Of a stretch of 64,000 nucleotides of DNA, positions 28,519 to 37,584 are shown piece by piece. The position numbers and the translations under genes were made by a program. How positions within the stretch are numbered: position 1 is the first letter of the stretch; every line of letters starts with the position of its first letter. The notes below the pieces were generated by a model that made no database searches, was not told the origin of the DNA, and was given only the letters and a program-made list of their open reading frames with translations. The DNA comes from Candidatus Marinacidobacterium sp. GTDB lineage: Bacteria > Acidobacteriota > Vicinamibacteria > Marinacidobacterales > Marinacidobacteraceae. The DNA lies in NCBI GenBank assembly GCA_965220965.1, contig OZ244852.1, positions 2,048,001 to 2,112,000 on the forward strand, given 5' to 3'.

Positions 28519-29346
28519 TCAGTCGTCGAAGACGAAGACCGGTTCGGCGTAGTACCGGACCCGGCCGGACCCGAAGCGGTCCGCCACCAGCGCCTCGAGG
28601 CGGCGGCGCTTCTCGGGCAACGGGATCGACATCTCGAGGAACGAGAGCGGAAGGTCGAGGCCGAGAACCCGGCGGGGCACGAGGAACCGGGTGATCCCCG
28701 AGGGCAGCAGCTCCCCGGCGGCGGCGGCCTCGCGAACCTCCTCGCGGGAGACCGGCTCGTATTCCAGCACGCCGCCGAACTCCGGATGGGCGCGCCGCAC
28801 CTCGTCGAGGTTCGCGTGGGAGATCCGCCCCACGCGGGCCCGGGGATGCGCGGCGAGGGCGCCGATCCGGCGGAGGGCGGCGGCCCGTTCCGGCGGCGCG
28901 TGCGGCCCGACGAACCCGAGGGCGCTTCCGTCCGGGCGGTGCAGACGGCAGAGCGCCGTCTCCCCCGGACGCGGTTCGTCCGACTTCCGGACGCCGGCGG
29001 GCGGCGCGGCCTCGAGAGCCTCGGCCTCGCGGCGACGGATGACGTGGTTCCACTGCTTCAGGTCCAGGCCCGGATCATCGAGGCGCTCGGTCTGCACCAG
29101 CGCGTGCGGGACCCCCATGCGCGCGAGCGCCGCCACCCGGTTCGCCCCGTCGAGCAGCAGGCGAGCGCTCCCCCGGTCGCGCGCCACGATCGGCGGGTTG
29201 CGCAGCACCCGGTCGGCGCCCAGCCGTTCGATGAGGGCCGCGACCCGGGCGAGATCCACTTCCTCGTGGAACCGGATGGCCCGGACCGGCAGAACCTCGA
29301 GAGTCGGAATGGCCTCCCCGCCGGGGAGGCCGGACGGTCCCGCCAC
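28519..29346 (-). CDS. ParB/Srx-fold protein resembling SbnI-type free L-serine kinase
   Basis: FHEE, PPIV, LLDGANRVAAL, W-x-H, LLPSGITRF, LGLDLPLSFL, RYYAEPVFV, colinear with the staphylococcal SbnI sequence as recalled. Confidence 0.65.
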   Translation of the reverse strand: MAGPSGLPGGEAIPTLEVLPVRAIRFHEEVDLARVAALIERLGADRVLRNPPIVARDRGSARLLLDGANRVAALARMGVPHALVQTERLDDPGLDLKQWNHVIRRREAEALEAAPPAGVRKSDEPRPGETALCRLHRPDGSALGFVGPHAPPERAAALRRIGALAAHPRARVGRISHANLDEVRRAHPEFGGVLEYEPVSREEVREAAAAGELLPSGITRFLVPRRVLGLDLPLSFLEMSIPLPEKRRRLEALVADRFGSGRVRYYAEPVFVFDD

Positions 29347-29438
29347 GGCGGCGCGATTCTAGAGCGGCGCCCGGAAATCTCCGCAGGACCGGCTGGTAGC
29401 ATTCAGCGCCGGTCCGGCGCGCGCGCACATCACCGGAA

Positions 29439-30674
29439 ATGGTCTCCAGACTCCTCTCGTTGCGACTCGCCTGCGGGTTGCTTCTGTTCGCCGGGGCCTT
29501 GGGCCTCGCCGGCTGTTCGGGCGGCGGGGACGGAGTCCGGATCGGGGCGGCGCTCCCGCTCAGCGGAAAGCACGCGAACGTGGGCGGATTCCTCCGCAAC
29601 GGCTACGAACTGGCGGTCGCCGAGGTGAACGCCGCCGGAGGAATCGAGGTCGACGGCGCGAGACGGCCGGTGGAGCTGGTGGTCTACGACGACAAGAGCG
29701 ACGCGTCGATCTCACCCAGCCTCCTCGAGCGGCTCATCGCGGTGGACGGCGTCGCCGCCCTCCTCTCCGGCTACTCGACGCCCCTCGTCCAGGCGCAGGT
29801 CATCGTGCCGATGCGGCGCGGGGTCCCGTTCGTGAACGCCGGCGGCGCCTCACAGGCGATCTTCCGCGAGGGCAACGAGTGGGTCTTCGGGGCGCTGAGC
29901 CCGGTGGAGTCGCTGGCGCGGACCACGCTCGAGTGGCTCGTCTGGGAGCAGGACAACGACCGGCTTCCGGCGCCGCTGCGCATCGCGCTGGTCTGGCAGA
30001 ACACCGACCACGGACGGGAGTACCGCATCGGGGTCCAGTCGATCCTGGCGGACTACCCGGACCGGTTCACCGTGGTGCTCGACGAATCGTTCGAACACCT
30101 CTCCTCGGACCACACCTCGCTCATCGTGAAGGTCCGCTCGGTCGAGGCCGACGTGTTCCTCTCCGACGCGCACGAGCCCGACTTTCTGCTGCAGCACCGG
30201 GCCTACGTGGAGCAGGGGCTGAACCACATCGCGGTGAGCTACGGCGCCCGGGGGCCGGAGCGCTCGGTTCGCGAGGGCCTCGGCGACGCGGTCGCGCACC
30301 TGGTCTCGGCGCAGTGGTGGACCCGGGGCCTCCCCTACGAACGATCGCAGCGGTTCGTGGAGATGTACGAGCGGGAGTACGGCGGTCCGGTGGCCGAGTA
30401 CTACCCGGCGGTGGCCTACGAGGCCGCCCGCGGGCTCCTCGCCGCCATCGAGAGCGCCGGCTCGACGGAGCCGGCGGCGATCCGCGACGCGCTCATGGAG
30501 CTCGATCTGAGGGACTCGCTGCTGCCCGGCGAGCGACTTCACTTCCCGGCGGACACGCGCTACCAGATCCGCAACCGGTGCGTGATCGTCCAGAACCTGC
30601 CGGAAGGGGGCACCCGCATCGTCTTTCCGCCGGAAGCGGCGGACGGACCCGCCTACCTCGGCCCCGGGCCCTGA
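29439..30674 (+). CDS. Branched-chain amino acid-type ABC transporter substrate-binding lipoprotein
   Basis: Lipobox LAGC, RIGAALPLSG, VNAAGGI, VYDDKSD. Leads a liv-type operon. Confidence 0.88.
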   Translation: MVSRLLSLRLACGLLLFAGALGLAGCSGGGDGVRIGAALPLSGKHANVGGFLRNGYELAVAEVNAAGGIEVDGARRPVELVVYDDKSDASISPSLLERLIAVDGVAALLSGYSTPLVQAQVIVPMRRGVPFVNAGGASQAIFREGNEWVFGALSPVESLARTTLEWLVWEQDNDRLPAPLRIALVWQNTDHGREYRIGVQSILADYPDRFTVVLDESFEHLSSDHTSLIVKVRSVEADVFLSDAHEPDFLLQHRAYVEQGLNHIAVSYGARGPERSVREGLGDAVAHLVSAQWWTRGLPYERSQRFVEMYEREYGGPVAEYYPAVAYEAARGLLAAIESAGSTEPAAIRDALMELDLRDSLLPGERLHFPADTRYQIRNRCVIVQNLPEGGTRIVFPPEAADGPAYLGPGP

Positions 30675-30797
30675 CTCCGCAGCGGCCGGGCGGACGCGGC
30701 CCCGGACTCCGGCGCCCGCATTCCCGGAGACGGGGGGCAGCCGCCCGGCTGACGGCCCCGCCGGGACAGTGCGCGGTCCCATCGGGGGGCGGACGCC

Positions 30798-31655
30798 GTG
30801 GTTGACCTCGTCTCGGTCCTGGCTTCCGGGATCCTGGTCGGGACCGTCTACGCCTACATGGCGTACGGGCTGGGGCTGATCTACGGAGTCCTGCGGGTCG
30901 TCAACCTCGCTCACGGCGCGTTCCTGACGCTCGGGGTCTATGTCACCTGGTGGCTCCACGCGACCTTCGGGCTGGACCCGCTGGTGTCGCTGCTGGTCAC
31001 CGTCCCGCTGGGGTTCCTGCTCGGCGCCGGCGTGGAGCGGACGCTGGTGTTCCGCCTCCGCGACAGCCCTCCGGTCACGACGCTGCTGCTGCTCTTCGGC
31101 GTCTGGCTCATCGTGCGCAACGTGCTTTACCTGGTGTTCGGAGGGGCGGACCGCTCGCTGCTGACGAGCTATTCGCTGGAGTCGATCGCGCTCGGGCCGG
31201 TCACCCTGAGCATCCCGCGGCTTGTCGTCTCGGCCTTCTCGCTTCTGGGGTTCGTGGCGCTCGCCTTCCTTCTGAAGCGCACCTGGGCGGGGCTCGCGCT
31301 CCGCGCGGTGGCGCAGGACCGGGAGTCGGCGGCGCTCTCCGGAGTCCCGGTGGACCGGGTGTGGGCCACCGCCTTCGGGATCGGCTCGGCGCTCGCGATG
31401 TCCGCCGGGAGCCTGATGTCGCTCTTCTATTCGGTCACGCCCGAGTTCGGCGCGCGGTTCCTGCTGAAGAGCTTCTGCGTCGTCGTGCTCGGCGGGCTCA
31501 CGAACATCGGCGGCATCCTGATCGCGGGCATCGGCCTTGGCGTCGCGGAGGACCTGACCGCCTTCTACATCCACACCGGCTACCGGGACGTCGTGAGCTT
31601 CCTCGTGCTGGTCGCCGCGCTCGTCATGCGACGCGTCGACGCCGAAGGCGGGTAA
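30798..31655 (+). CDS. livH: Branched-chain amino acid ABC transporter permease (LivH-like)
   Basis: GLGLIYGVLRVVNLAHG, GLALRAVAQD, VVVLGGL; multiple TM segments. Confidence 0.88.
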   Translation: MVDLVSVLASGILVGTVYAYMAYGLGLIYGVLRVVNLAHGAFLTLGVYVTWWLHATFGLDPLVSLLVTVPLGFLLGAGVERTLVFRLRDSPPVTTLLLLFGVWLIVRNVLYLVFGGADRSLLTSYSLESIALGPVTLSIPRLVVSAFSLLGFVALAFLLKRTWAGLALRAVAQDRESAALSGVPVDRVWATAFGIGSALAMSAGSLMSLFYSVTPEFGARFLLKSFCVVVLGGLTNIGGILIAGIGLGVAEDLTAFYIHTGYRDVVSFLVLVAALVMRRVDAEGG

Positions 31656-31658
31656 CGC

Positions 31659-32612
31659 GTGGAGCTCCCCGTGTCCCGCCGGGTCACCCGGACCGCCGTC
31701 GCGCTGCTCGCGCTCGCCCTGGCGGCGCCGCTGCTGACCGCGAATCCCTACGCCGCTCGACTGGCGCAGCTCCTGTTCCTGAACGTGCTCCTCGCGAGCG
31801 CCTGGAACCTCGTCGGGGGGTTCGCCGGGCAGATCTCCTTCGGCAACGCCTCGCTCTTCGGCGTCGGGGCCTACGCCACCTCGCTTCTGTGGCTCTCCGG
31901 GATGCATCCGTTCCTGACGCTGCCGGTCGCGGCCGTCGCGGCGGCGCTCTTCGGCGTCCTCTGGGGGTGGCCCTGCCTTCGCCTGCGCGGGCCCTATTTC
32001 GCGATCGCCACGATCGGCGTCTCGGAGGCCACCCGGATCGTGGCGAACCACATCGAGGCGGCCGGAGGCGCTTCCGGCCTGACGCTTCCCCTCGAGCAGG
32101 ACAGCGGCGCGGTGGCGCTCTATGCGCTCGGCGCGGTCCTCGCGGTCGGCGCGGTGCTGGCGGCCGATCTCGTCCGCCGCTCCCGGCTAGGGCTTGGCCT
32201 GATCGCCCTGCGGGAGGACGCCCGCGCCGCCGCCGCCTCCGGGGTGGACGTGGCGAAAGAGCAGGTCAAGGCGTTCGCGCTGGCCGCCGCGATCACCGGA
32301 CTCGGCGGCAGCTACTACGCGCTGTTCACGCTTTACGTTGTTCCCGAGAAGGTGTTCGGCTTCGATCTGTCGATCAGCCTGGTGCTCATGGTGCTGGTGG
32401 GAGGCATCGGCACCGTGACCGGCCCGGTGCTCGGCGCCGCGATCTATCTGGTGCTCGAGCAGTTCGTGCTCGCGAGTCTCGCCGACATCCACCTCGCCGC
32501 CTTCGGGGCGCTGCTCATCTTCATCGTCGTGCTGGAACCGCGCGGGCTGGCGCCCCGGCTCGCCCAGGGACTACGGTGGGCGCGCGGCCGCCTCAGGGGC
32601 GCTGACAGATGA
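31659..32612 (+). CDS. livM: Branched-chain amino acid ABC transporter permease (LivM-like)
   Basis: WNLVGGFAGQISFG, LRLRGPYFAIAT, ALREDARAA, GGIGTVTGPVLGA. Confidence 0.88.
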   Translation: MELPVSRRVTRTAVALLALALAAPLLTANPYAARLAQLLFLNVLLASAWNLVGGFAGQISFGNASLFGVGAYATSLLWLSGMHPFLTLPVAAVAAALFGVLWGWPCLRLRGPYFAIATIGVSEATRIVANHIEAAGGASGLTLPLEQDSGAVALYALGAVLAVGAVLAADLVRRSRLGLGLIALREDARAAAASGVDVAKEQVKAFALAAAITGLGGSYYALFTLYVVPEKVFGFDLSISLVLMVLVGGIGTVTGPVLGAAIYLVLEQFVLASLADIHLAAFGALLIFIVVLEPRGLAPRLAQGLRWARGRLRGADR

Positions 32613-33394
32613 CCGCCACCAGCGAATCCGGCGTCGTGCTCGAAGCGCGGGGCCTGACCCGTCGGTTCGGGGGGCTCACGGCGGTGCGTCAGGTGGACCT
32701 CGATCTCCGCGCCGGCGAGGCGCTCGGGCTGATCGGGCCGAACGGCGCCGGCAAGACCACCCTGTTCAACCTCCTCGCCGGACAGCTCCGCTGCGACGAA
32801 GGCGCGGTGCGCCTCCTCGGAACGCGGGTGGAGGGCCGGCCCGCGCACCGGATCTGCCGAATGGGACTGGCGCGCACCTTCCAGGTGCCGCGCCCGTTCC
32901 TCGCGCTGACCGTTTCGGAAGCGGTGCTGGTGGGCGCCCGGTTCGGGCGGCCGACGCCAGGCAGGTCGCCGTTCGCGGTGGCGGACGATTGCCTGGAGCG
33001 GACGGGTCTGGCGAGCCGCAGCGACGACCCCGTCCTTTCGCTGAACCTCGCCGACCGGAAACGCCTCGACCTGGCCCGCGCGATCGCCTCGAACCCCCAG
33101 GTGCTGCTGGTGGACGAGGCCGCCGCCGGGCTGAACCCCACCGAGGTGCGGGAGATCGTGGGGCTGCTGCGCGACGTGCGGGCGTCCGGCGTGGGGATCG
33201 TCTATGTGGAGCACGTCATGGAGGCGGTGCTCGACCTCTCGGACCGGGTCCAGGTGCTGGACCAGGGGGCGACGATCGCCGTGGGCTCCCCGGAGGAGGT
33301 CACGCGGAACCCGGTCGTGGTGGAGGCCTACCTGGGCCGTCCGGTGGAGACGCTCGTCGAGACCGGCGGCGCGGAAGCGGGGCATGCCGGATGA
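32609..33394 (+). CDS. livG: ABC transporter ATP-binding protein (LivG-like)
   Basis: FGGLTAV, GPNGAGKTT, GLARTFQ, DEAAAGLN, VEH, EAYLG. Confidence 0.9.
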   Translation: MTATSESGVVLEARGLTRRFGGLTAVRQVDLDLRAGEALGLIGPNGAGKTTLFNLLAGQLRCDEGAVRLLGTRVEGRPAHRICRMGLARTFQVPRPFLALTVSEAVLVGARFGRPTPGRSPFAVADDCLERTGLASRSDDPVLSLNLADRKRLDLARAIASNPQVLLVDEAAAGLNPTEVREIVGLLRDVRASGVGIVYVEHVMEAVLDLSDRVQVLDQGATIAVGSPEEVTRNPVVVEAYLGRPVETLVETGGAEAGHAG

Positions 33395-34224
33395 GCCGCT
33401 CCCTCGAGATCCGCGACCTCGAAGTGCGGCGAGGCGGCGCCCGGGTGCTGCGGGGGATTTCCCTGGACGTCGGGAGCCGGGAGGTCGTGGCCCTTCTCGG
33501 AGCGAACGGAGCGGGCAAGACGACCACGCTGCGGGCCATCAGCGGCCTCTCGCGCGCCGAGGGCGGCGAGGTGCGCTTCGACGGCCGGCGGATCTCCGGC
33601 ATCGGCCCGACCTCGGTCGTGGCCGCCGGCGTGGCCCACGTTCCCGAGGGAAGCCGCGTCTGGCCCGAGATGACGGTGATGGAGAACCTGCGGCTCGGGG
33701 CGTTCGCGGTGCGGCGGCGCGGCGGCCTGGAGGACCGGCTGGACCGGATCCTGACGCTCCTGCCCCGGCTTCGGGAGCGCGCGGCGCAGCTCGCCGGGAC
33801 GCTCTCCGGCGGCGAGCGTCAGATGGCGGCGATCGGCCGCGCCCTCATGGCGGCGCCGAAGCTGCTCCTGATGGACGAGCCCTCACTCGGGCTGTCCCCC
33901 CGGGTCGTGGACACCGTCTTCGAGACGATCCGGGCGATCCGCAGCGAAGGCGTCGCGGTCCTGCTGGTGGAGCAGAACGTGGTGCGGGCGCTCGAGATCG
34001 CGGAGCGCGGCTACGTGCTCGACGGCGGGCGCATCGTCCGCACCGGCGCCGGGCGGGAGCTCCTGGAAGATCCAGAGGTCCGCGAGGCGTACCTCGGAAG
34101 ACCACGCAGCACGGGAAGACCACGCAGCACGGGAAGACCACGCAGCACGGGAAGACCACGCAGCACGGGAAGACCACGCAGCACGGGAAGCCCACGCGGC
34201 GCCGGGACGGGGCGGTCCTCCTGA
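33391..34224 (+). CDS. livF: ABC transporter ATP-binding protein (LivF-like) with repeat-extended C-terminus
   Basis: GANGAGKTT, LSGGERQM, MDEPSLGL, LVEQN, EAYLG followed by (GRPRST)x5. ATG at 33391 overlaps the livG stop. Confidence 0.9.
   Translation: MSRSLEIRDLEVRRGGARVLRGISLDVGSREVVALLGANGAGKTTTLRAISGLSRAEGGEVRFDGRRISGIGPTSVVAAGVAHVPEGSRVWPEMTVMENLRLGAFAVRRRGGLEDRLDRILTLLPRLRERAAQLAGTLSGGERQMAAIGRALMAAPKLLLMDEPSLGLSPRVVDTVFETIRAIRSEGVAVLLVEQNVVRALEIAERGYVLDGGRIVRTGAGRELLEDPEVREAYLGRPRSTGRPRSTGRPRSTGRPRSTGRPRSTGSPRGAGTGRSS
34096..34200 (+). repeat. 18-bp tandem repeat GGAAGACCACGCAGCACG x5 plus a degenerate partial copy
   Basis: Five exact consecutive copies from 34096 to 34185, then GGAAGCCCACGCGGC. 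Confidence 0.95.
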
Positions 34225-34306
34225 CCCTCGGCGACCTGACCCTGAATCTCCGCCAGGCGGGGACGGGGGTCGGGGCGCGCGAGGGTGTCGGGGCGCGTGT
34301 GGGGGT

Positions 34307-35743
34307 CTACTGGGAGATCCAGCCGGTGACCGGGACGAACTCCCCGTTCTCGACGCGCTTCAGCGTCACGGCGTCGAAGCCGCGGTGGTTCTCGTCGCTG
34401 AAGGTCACCGGGTGGCCCATCAGCCCTTGCCAGTTGTCCAGCGTCTCGAGGGCGCGGAGCAGGTTGATCCGCCGGAGGTCGGGGCCGGCGCGCTCCATCC
34501 CCTCGTGCGCCAGTTGCGCCCACGCCATGCCGAGCATCGCGTAGTCGCCGAACGGCACGTCGGGGGCGTAGTCCCGAAGAATCTCCCGCACCAGCCGGGT
34601 CGCGTCGGTGTCGAGGCTCAGGTCCGGCGTCGTGGAAGCCACGACCGCACCTTCCATCGCCTCGCCCGCCATCTCGATCATGATCGGGTCGGCCATCGCG
34701 ATGGAGCCGAGGATCAGGGGATTCCAGTCCTCGTCCCCGTCGGCTGCGATCGCGTCGAGCACCGCGGCGCCGAACTCGGCGACGCCCCAGACGACGATGG
34801 CGTCCGCGTTACGGGCCTTCAACTGGGCGATCGCTTCCTGCACCTGGGAACCGTCCTTCGAGGCCCGCAGCATGCCGACATCCTCGGGGGCCCGCTCGGG
34901 ACGTTCCCAGCGGCCGCCCTCCGGGCGCTCCGCCCGATACAGGTCGCCCTCGCCCCCCGCGGGGATCTCGAGCCAGCCTTCGCTCGCCGGGTCGTTCGAG
35001 CGCGGACGCCGCGGGTTGCGTTCCCCGGGAGGGAGCCGCGCATACCGGACCTCGAGTCCCTCCGGCAGGTTGGCGCGGATGTCCTCGTAGAAGGCGCGGA
35101 CGCCGAGGCGGTAGCCCTCCTGCCCCTGCGAGCCGAACGGGGTGTCCTCGGCGAGGGAGCCGATCCGGGTCGCGCCGAGCTCCGCCAGCGCGTGCCGGGC
35201 GAGGGCCTGGGCGGCGGTGATCGAGGTGGGGAAGATCGAGAAGGTGTAGGCGTGGAACGGATCGGTCCACACGCGGGCGCTCGAGCCCGGGTTGATCCAG
35301 GGCACCAGGCGGTTCCAGACCATGTCCTGCACGGCCAGGCAGTTCGCGCTGCCGAGGCCGCCGACCATGGCGAACACCTGATCGCCGCGCAGCAGCTCCT
35401 CGACGACCTCCGGCGTGACCTCGGGGTTGCCCTGATCGTCCTTCAGGTTCAGGACGACCCGACGGCCGTGGATGCCGCCCTGGTCGTTCACCCAGTCGAA
35501 GTAGGCCGACATGGCGCGCCCGACGTTGCCGAGCGCGGCGAACTCACCGGTGAGCGGCGCGAAACTCCCGAGGAGAATTTCGTCCGAGGAGACCCCGATG
35601 TCGGGGCCGCCGCAGGCGCTGGCCGAGGCCGCCAGCAGGGCGGCCGCGAGGGCCGCGGCCGGGCCGCGGCGGGAGCGCAGGGAAGGAGCGGATCGGGCGG
35701 GGGCGCGTTCGGGTCGCAAGACGATTCCTCCGGGAATGGTCAA
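34307..35743 (-). CDS. Leu/Ile/Val-binding family periplasmic substrate-binding lipoprotein
   Basis: Lipobox ASAC, ILLGSFAPLTG, VNDQGGIHGR, DDQG, VTFSDENH. Start codon uncertain. Confidence 0.82.
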   Translation of the reverse strand: MTIPGGIVLRPERAPARSAPSLRSRRGPAAALAAALLAASASACGGPDIGVSSDEILLGSFAPLTGEFAALGNVGRAMSAYFDWVNDQGGIHGRRVVLNLKDDQGNPEVTPEVVEELLRGDQVFAMVGGLGSANCLAVQDMVWNRLVPWINPGSSARVWTDPFHAYTFSIFPTSITAAQALARHALAELGATRIGSLAEDTPFGSQGQEGYRLGVRAFYEDIRANLPEGLEVRYARLPPGERNPRRPRSNDPASEGWLEIPAGGEGDLYRAERPEGGRWERPERAPEDVGMLRASKDGSQVQEAIAQLKARNADAIVVWGVAEFGAAVLDAIAADGDEDWNPLILGSIAMADPIMIEMAGEAMEGAVVASTTPDLSLDTDATRLVREILRDYAPDVPFGDYAMLGMAWAQLAHEGMERAGPDLRRINLLRALETLDNWQGLMGHPVTFSDENHRGFDAVTLKRVENGEFVPVTGWISQ

Positions 35744-35882
35744 CGGCGAAAACGCTGATTTTACCAGTTGGCGCGGGAGGGTCCCCGTCCACCTTCGGCG
35801 CCTGCGGACCGGACCGGGGCGCGCCCCGACCGCATCCGGGGCGCTCCCGCCGACGTCGCCGGCGCTTCCCGCCGCCGACCGA

Positions 35883-36551
35883 TCAGGCGCTGGAGGGAGT
35901 TTCTCCGGACTCCTCCGTCTCGCCGGCGGTCTCCTCCGCCTGGACCTCCGGCTCTTCCGCGGCGACCGACTCTTCGGCGGCCGCCTCCGACCCGGACCCC
36001 GACGCCTCGCCCCGGACGTAGGCGCCCAGATCGCGGACCGCGTCCTCGAGCGAGGACAGCCGGTCCACCAGCAGGGAGACCTGTCCGGAGACGGTCATCC
36101 GCGTCACCTTCTTCCGCGTCGTCTTCTTGCGACTGACCTTCTTGCGCGAGACCTTCTTGCGTCCGACCTTCTTCCGGGTCACCTTCTTGCGCGCCACTTT
36201 CTTGCGGCTGACTTTCTTGCGCGTGACCTTCTTGCGAGCCACCTTCCTGCGGCCGGCTTTCTTTCTCGTGACCTTCTTGCGGGCCACCTTCTTCCTGCTG
36301 ACTTTCTTCCGGGCCACCTTCCGGCGCGTCGTCTTCTTCCTCGACACCTTCTTCGCGACCTTGCGGCGCGTGGCCTTCCTGGCCCCCACTTTCCTCCGCG
36401 CCGCCTTCTTGCGGGTGGTCTTCTTTCTCGTCGCCTTCTTCCGAAGCGTCATCGCGCTCCGCGTCGCCTTCCTCCGCACGGCCTTCTTGCGAACCGCCGC
36501 CTTTTTTCGTGTGGCTTTCTTTGCGGCGCGCTTCGCTTTCTTCTTGGGCAT
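35883..36551 (-). CDS. Histone H1-like Lys/Arg-rich pentapeptide-repeat protein
   Basis: About 150 aa of RKK(V/A/T)(T/S/A) repeats, then a short amphipathic helix and an acidic tail. GAGG-like RBS upstream. Confidence 0.8.
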   Translation of the reverse strand: MPKKKAKRAAKKATRKKAAVRKKAVRRKATRSAMTLRKKATRKKTTRKKAARRKVGARKATRRKVAKKVSRKKTTRRKVARKKVSRKKVARKKVTRKKAGRRKVARKKVTRKKVSRKKVARKKVTRKKVGRKKVSRKKVSRKKTTRKKVTRMTVSGQVSLLVDRLSSLEDAVRDLGAYVRGEASGSGSEAAAEESVAAEEPEVQAEETAGETEESGETPSSA

Positions 36552-36696
36552 GAAAGAGCGTTCCTCGGGGAAGGCCCGCCAGCCGTCTCTCTGGCGGGGC
36601 AGGGACGATTGGCGGAGCGTAACAGCCCGCCTCGACGCCGGTCAACGCGGCGCCGCCTGACTCCGTCGGCTCTGCGAGAATACCGGCTCACCCGGA

Positions 36697-37572
36697 ATGC
36701 CCGCCGACCCACCGACGCGAACGTCCTCCCGAATCGTCCGGAGACTCGGAGTGTGGGCCGAGTATCTCAAGCTCGAGCACACACTCTTCGCGCTTCCGAT
36801 GATCTATGCCGGAGCGTTGCTGGCGACGCCGCCGCTGACGCTCCGAACCGGCGTGCTGATCCTGATCGCCGCCACCGGGGCTCGCACCGCAGCCCTTGGC
36901 CTGAACCGCATTCTGGATCGCCATCTGGACGCGCGAAACCCGCGCACCCGGAACCGGGCCCTCCCTCGGGGAGAGCTGACTCTACGGTCAGCGAGAGTCG
37001 CCGTCGTTCTCGCGTACGCCGTCTCGGTCGCAGCCGCCATGGCGATCGCGCCGCGCCTCGCCCTCTACAGCCCGATCCCGCTCATCGCGTTCACCGCGTA
37101 CCCGTTGCTGAAGCGCGCCACGCGCTGGGCGCACCTGGGGCTCGGCGCCACGCTCGCGCTTGGCCCGCTGTGCGGCTGGTACGCCGTCAATCTGTCGTTC
37201 GCTGGCGCGGGACCCGTCCTCACGCTTGCGCTCTTCACCGCCCTGTGGTCTGCGGGCTTCGATGTTCTCTACGCCACGCAGGACGAAGCTTCGGACCGGC
37301 GAACGGGCGTCCATTCCCTTCCCGCAGCGGTGGGATCGGCGAATGCGCTGCGGATCGCGGCCGGGTTCCACGCCGCGGCCTTCGCGGCTCTATGCGCGCT
37401 GCTGTTCTCGACCACGACCGGACTGTGGACCGCCCTCTGTTTCGCCGCGGCCGGAGTCCTCTTCGTGGTGCAGCACCAGGTCCGCAAGCATCTGAACTTC
37501 GCCTTCTTCCACGTGAACGCCGCGCTCGGCGCCGTTGTCTTTCTCGGCGTGGCGCTCCGCAACCTGTCCTGA
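36697..37572 (+). CDS. mqnP: UbiA-family polyprenyltransferase (MqnP-like, futalosine menaquinone pathway)
   Basis: KLEHTLFALP, NRILDRHLDARNPRT, GFDVLYATQD. Adjacent to ubiX and mqn genes. Confidence 0.85.
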   Translation: MPADPPTRTSSRIVRRLGVWAEYLKLEHTLFALPMIYAGALLATPPLTLRTGVLILIAATGARTAALGLNRILDRHLDARNPRTRNRALPRGELTLRSARVAVVLAYAVSVAAAMAIAPRLALYSPIPLIAFTAYPLLKRATRWAHLGLGATLALGPLCGWYAVNLSFAGAGPVLTLALFTALWSAGFDVLYATQDEASDRRTGVHSLPAAVGSANALRIAAGFHAAAFAALCALLFSTTTGLWTALCFAAAGVLFVVQHQVRKHLNFAFFHVNAALGAVVFLGVALRNLS

Positions 37573-37584
37573 CCGGAGGTCGCC

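Noticed and set aside
28519-29346. ParB chromosome-partitioning protein
   Set aside because: No HTH domain and no adjacent parA; the similarity pattern continues along SbnI instead.
34096-34200. Possible CRISPR array
   Set aside because: The repeats are contiguous 18-mers with no spacers, in frame within livF, and there are no cas genes in the window.
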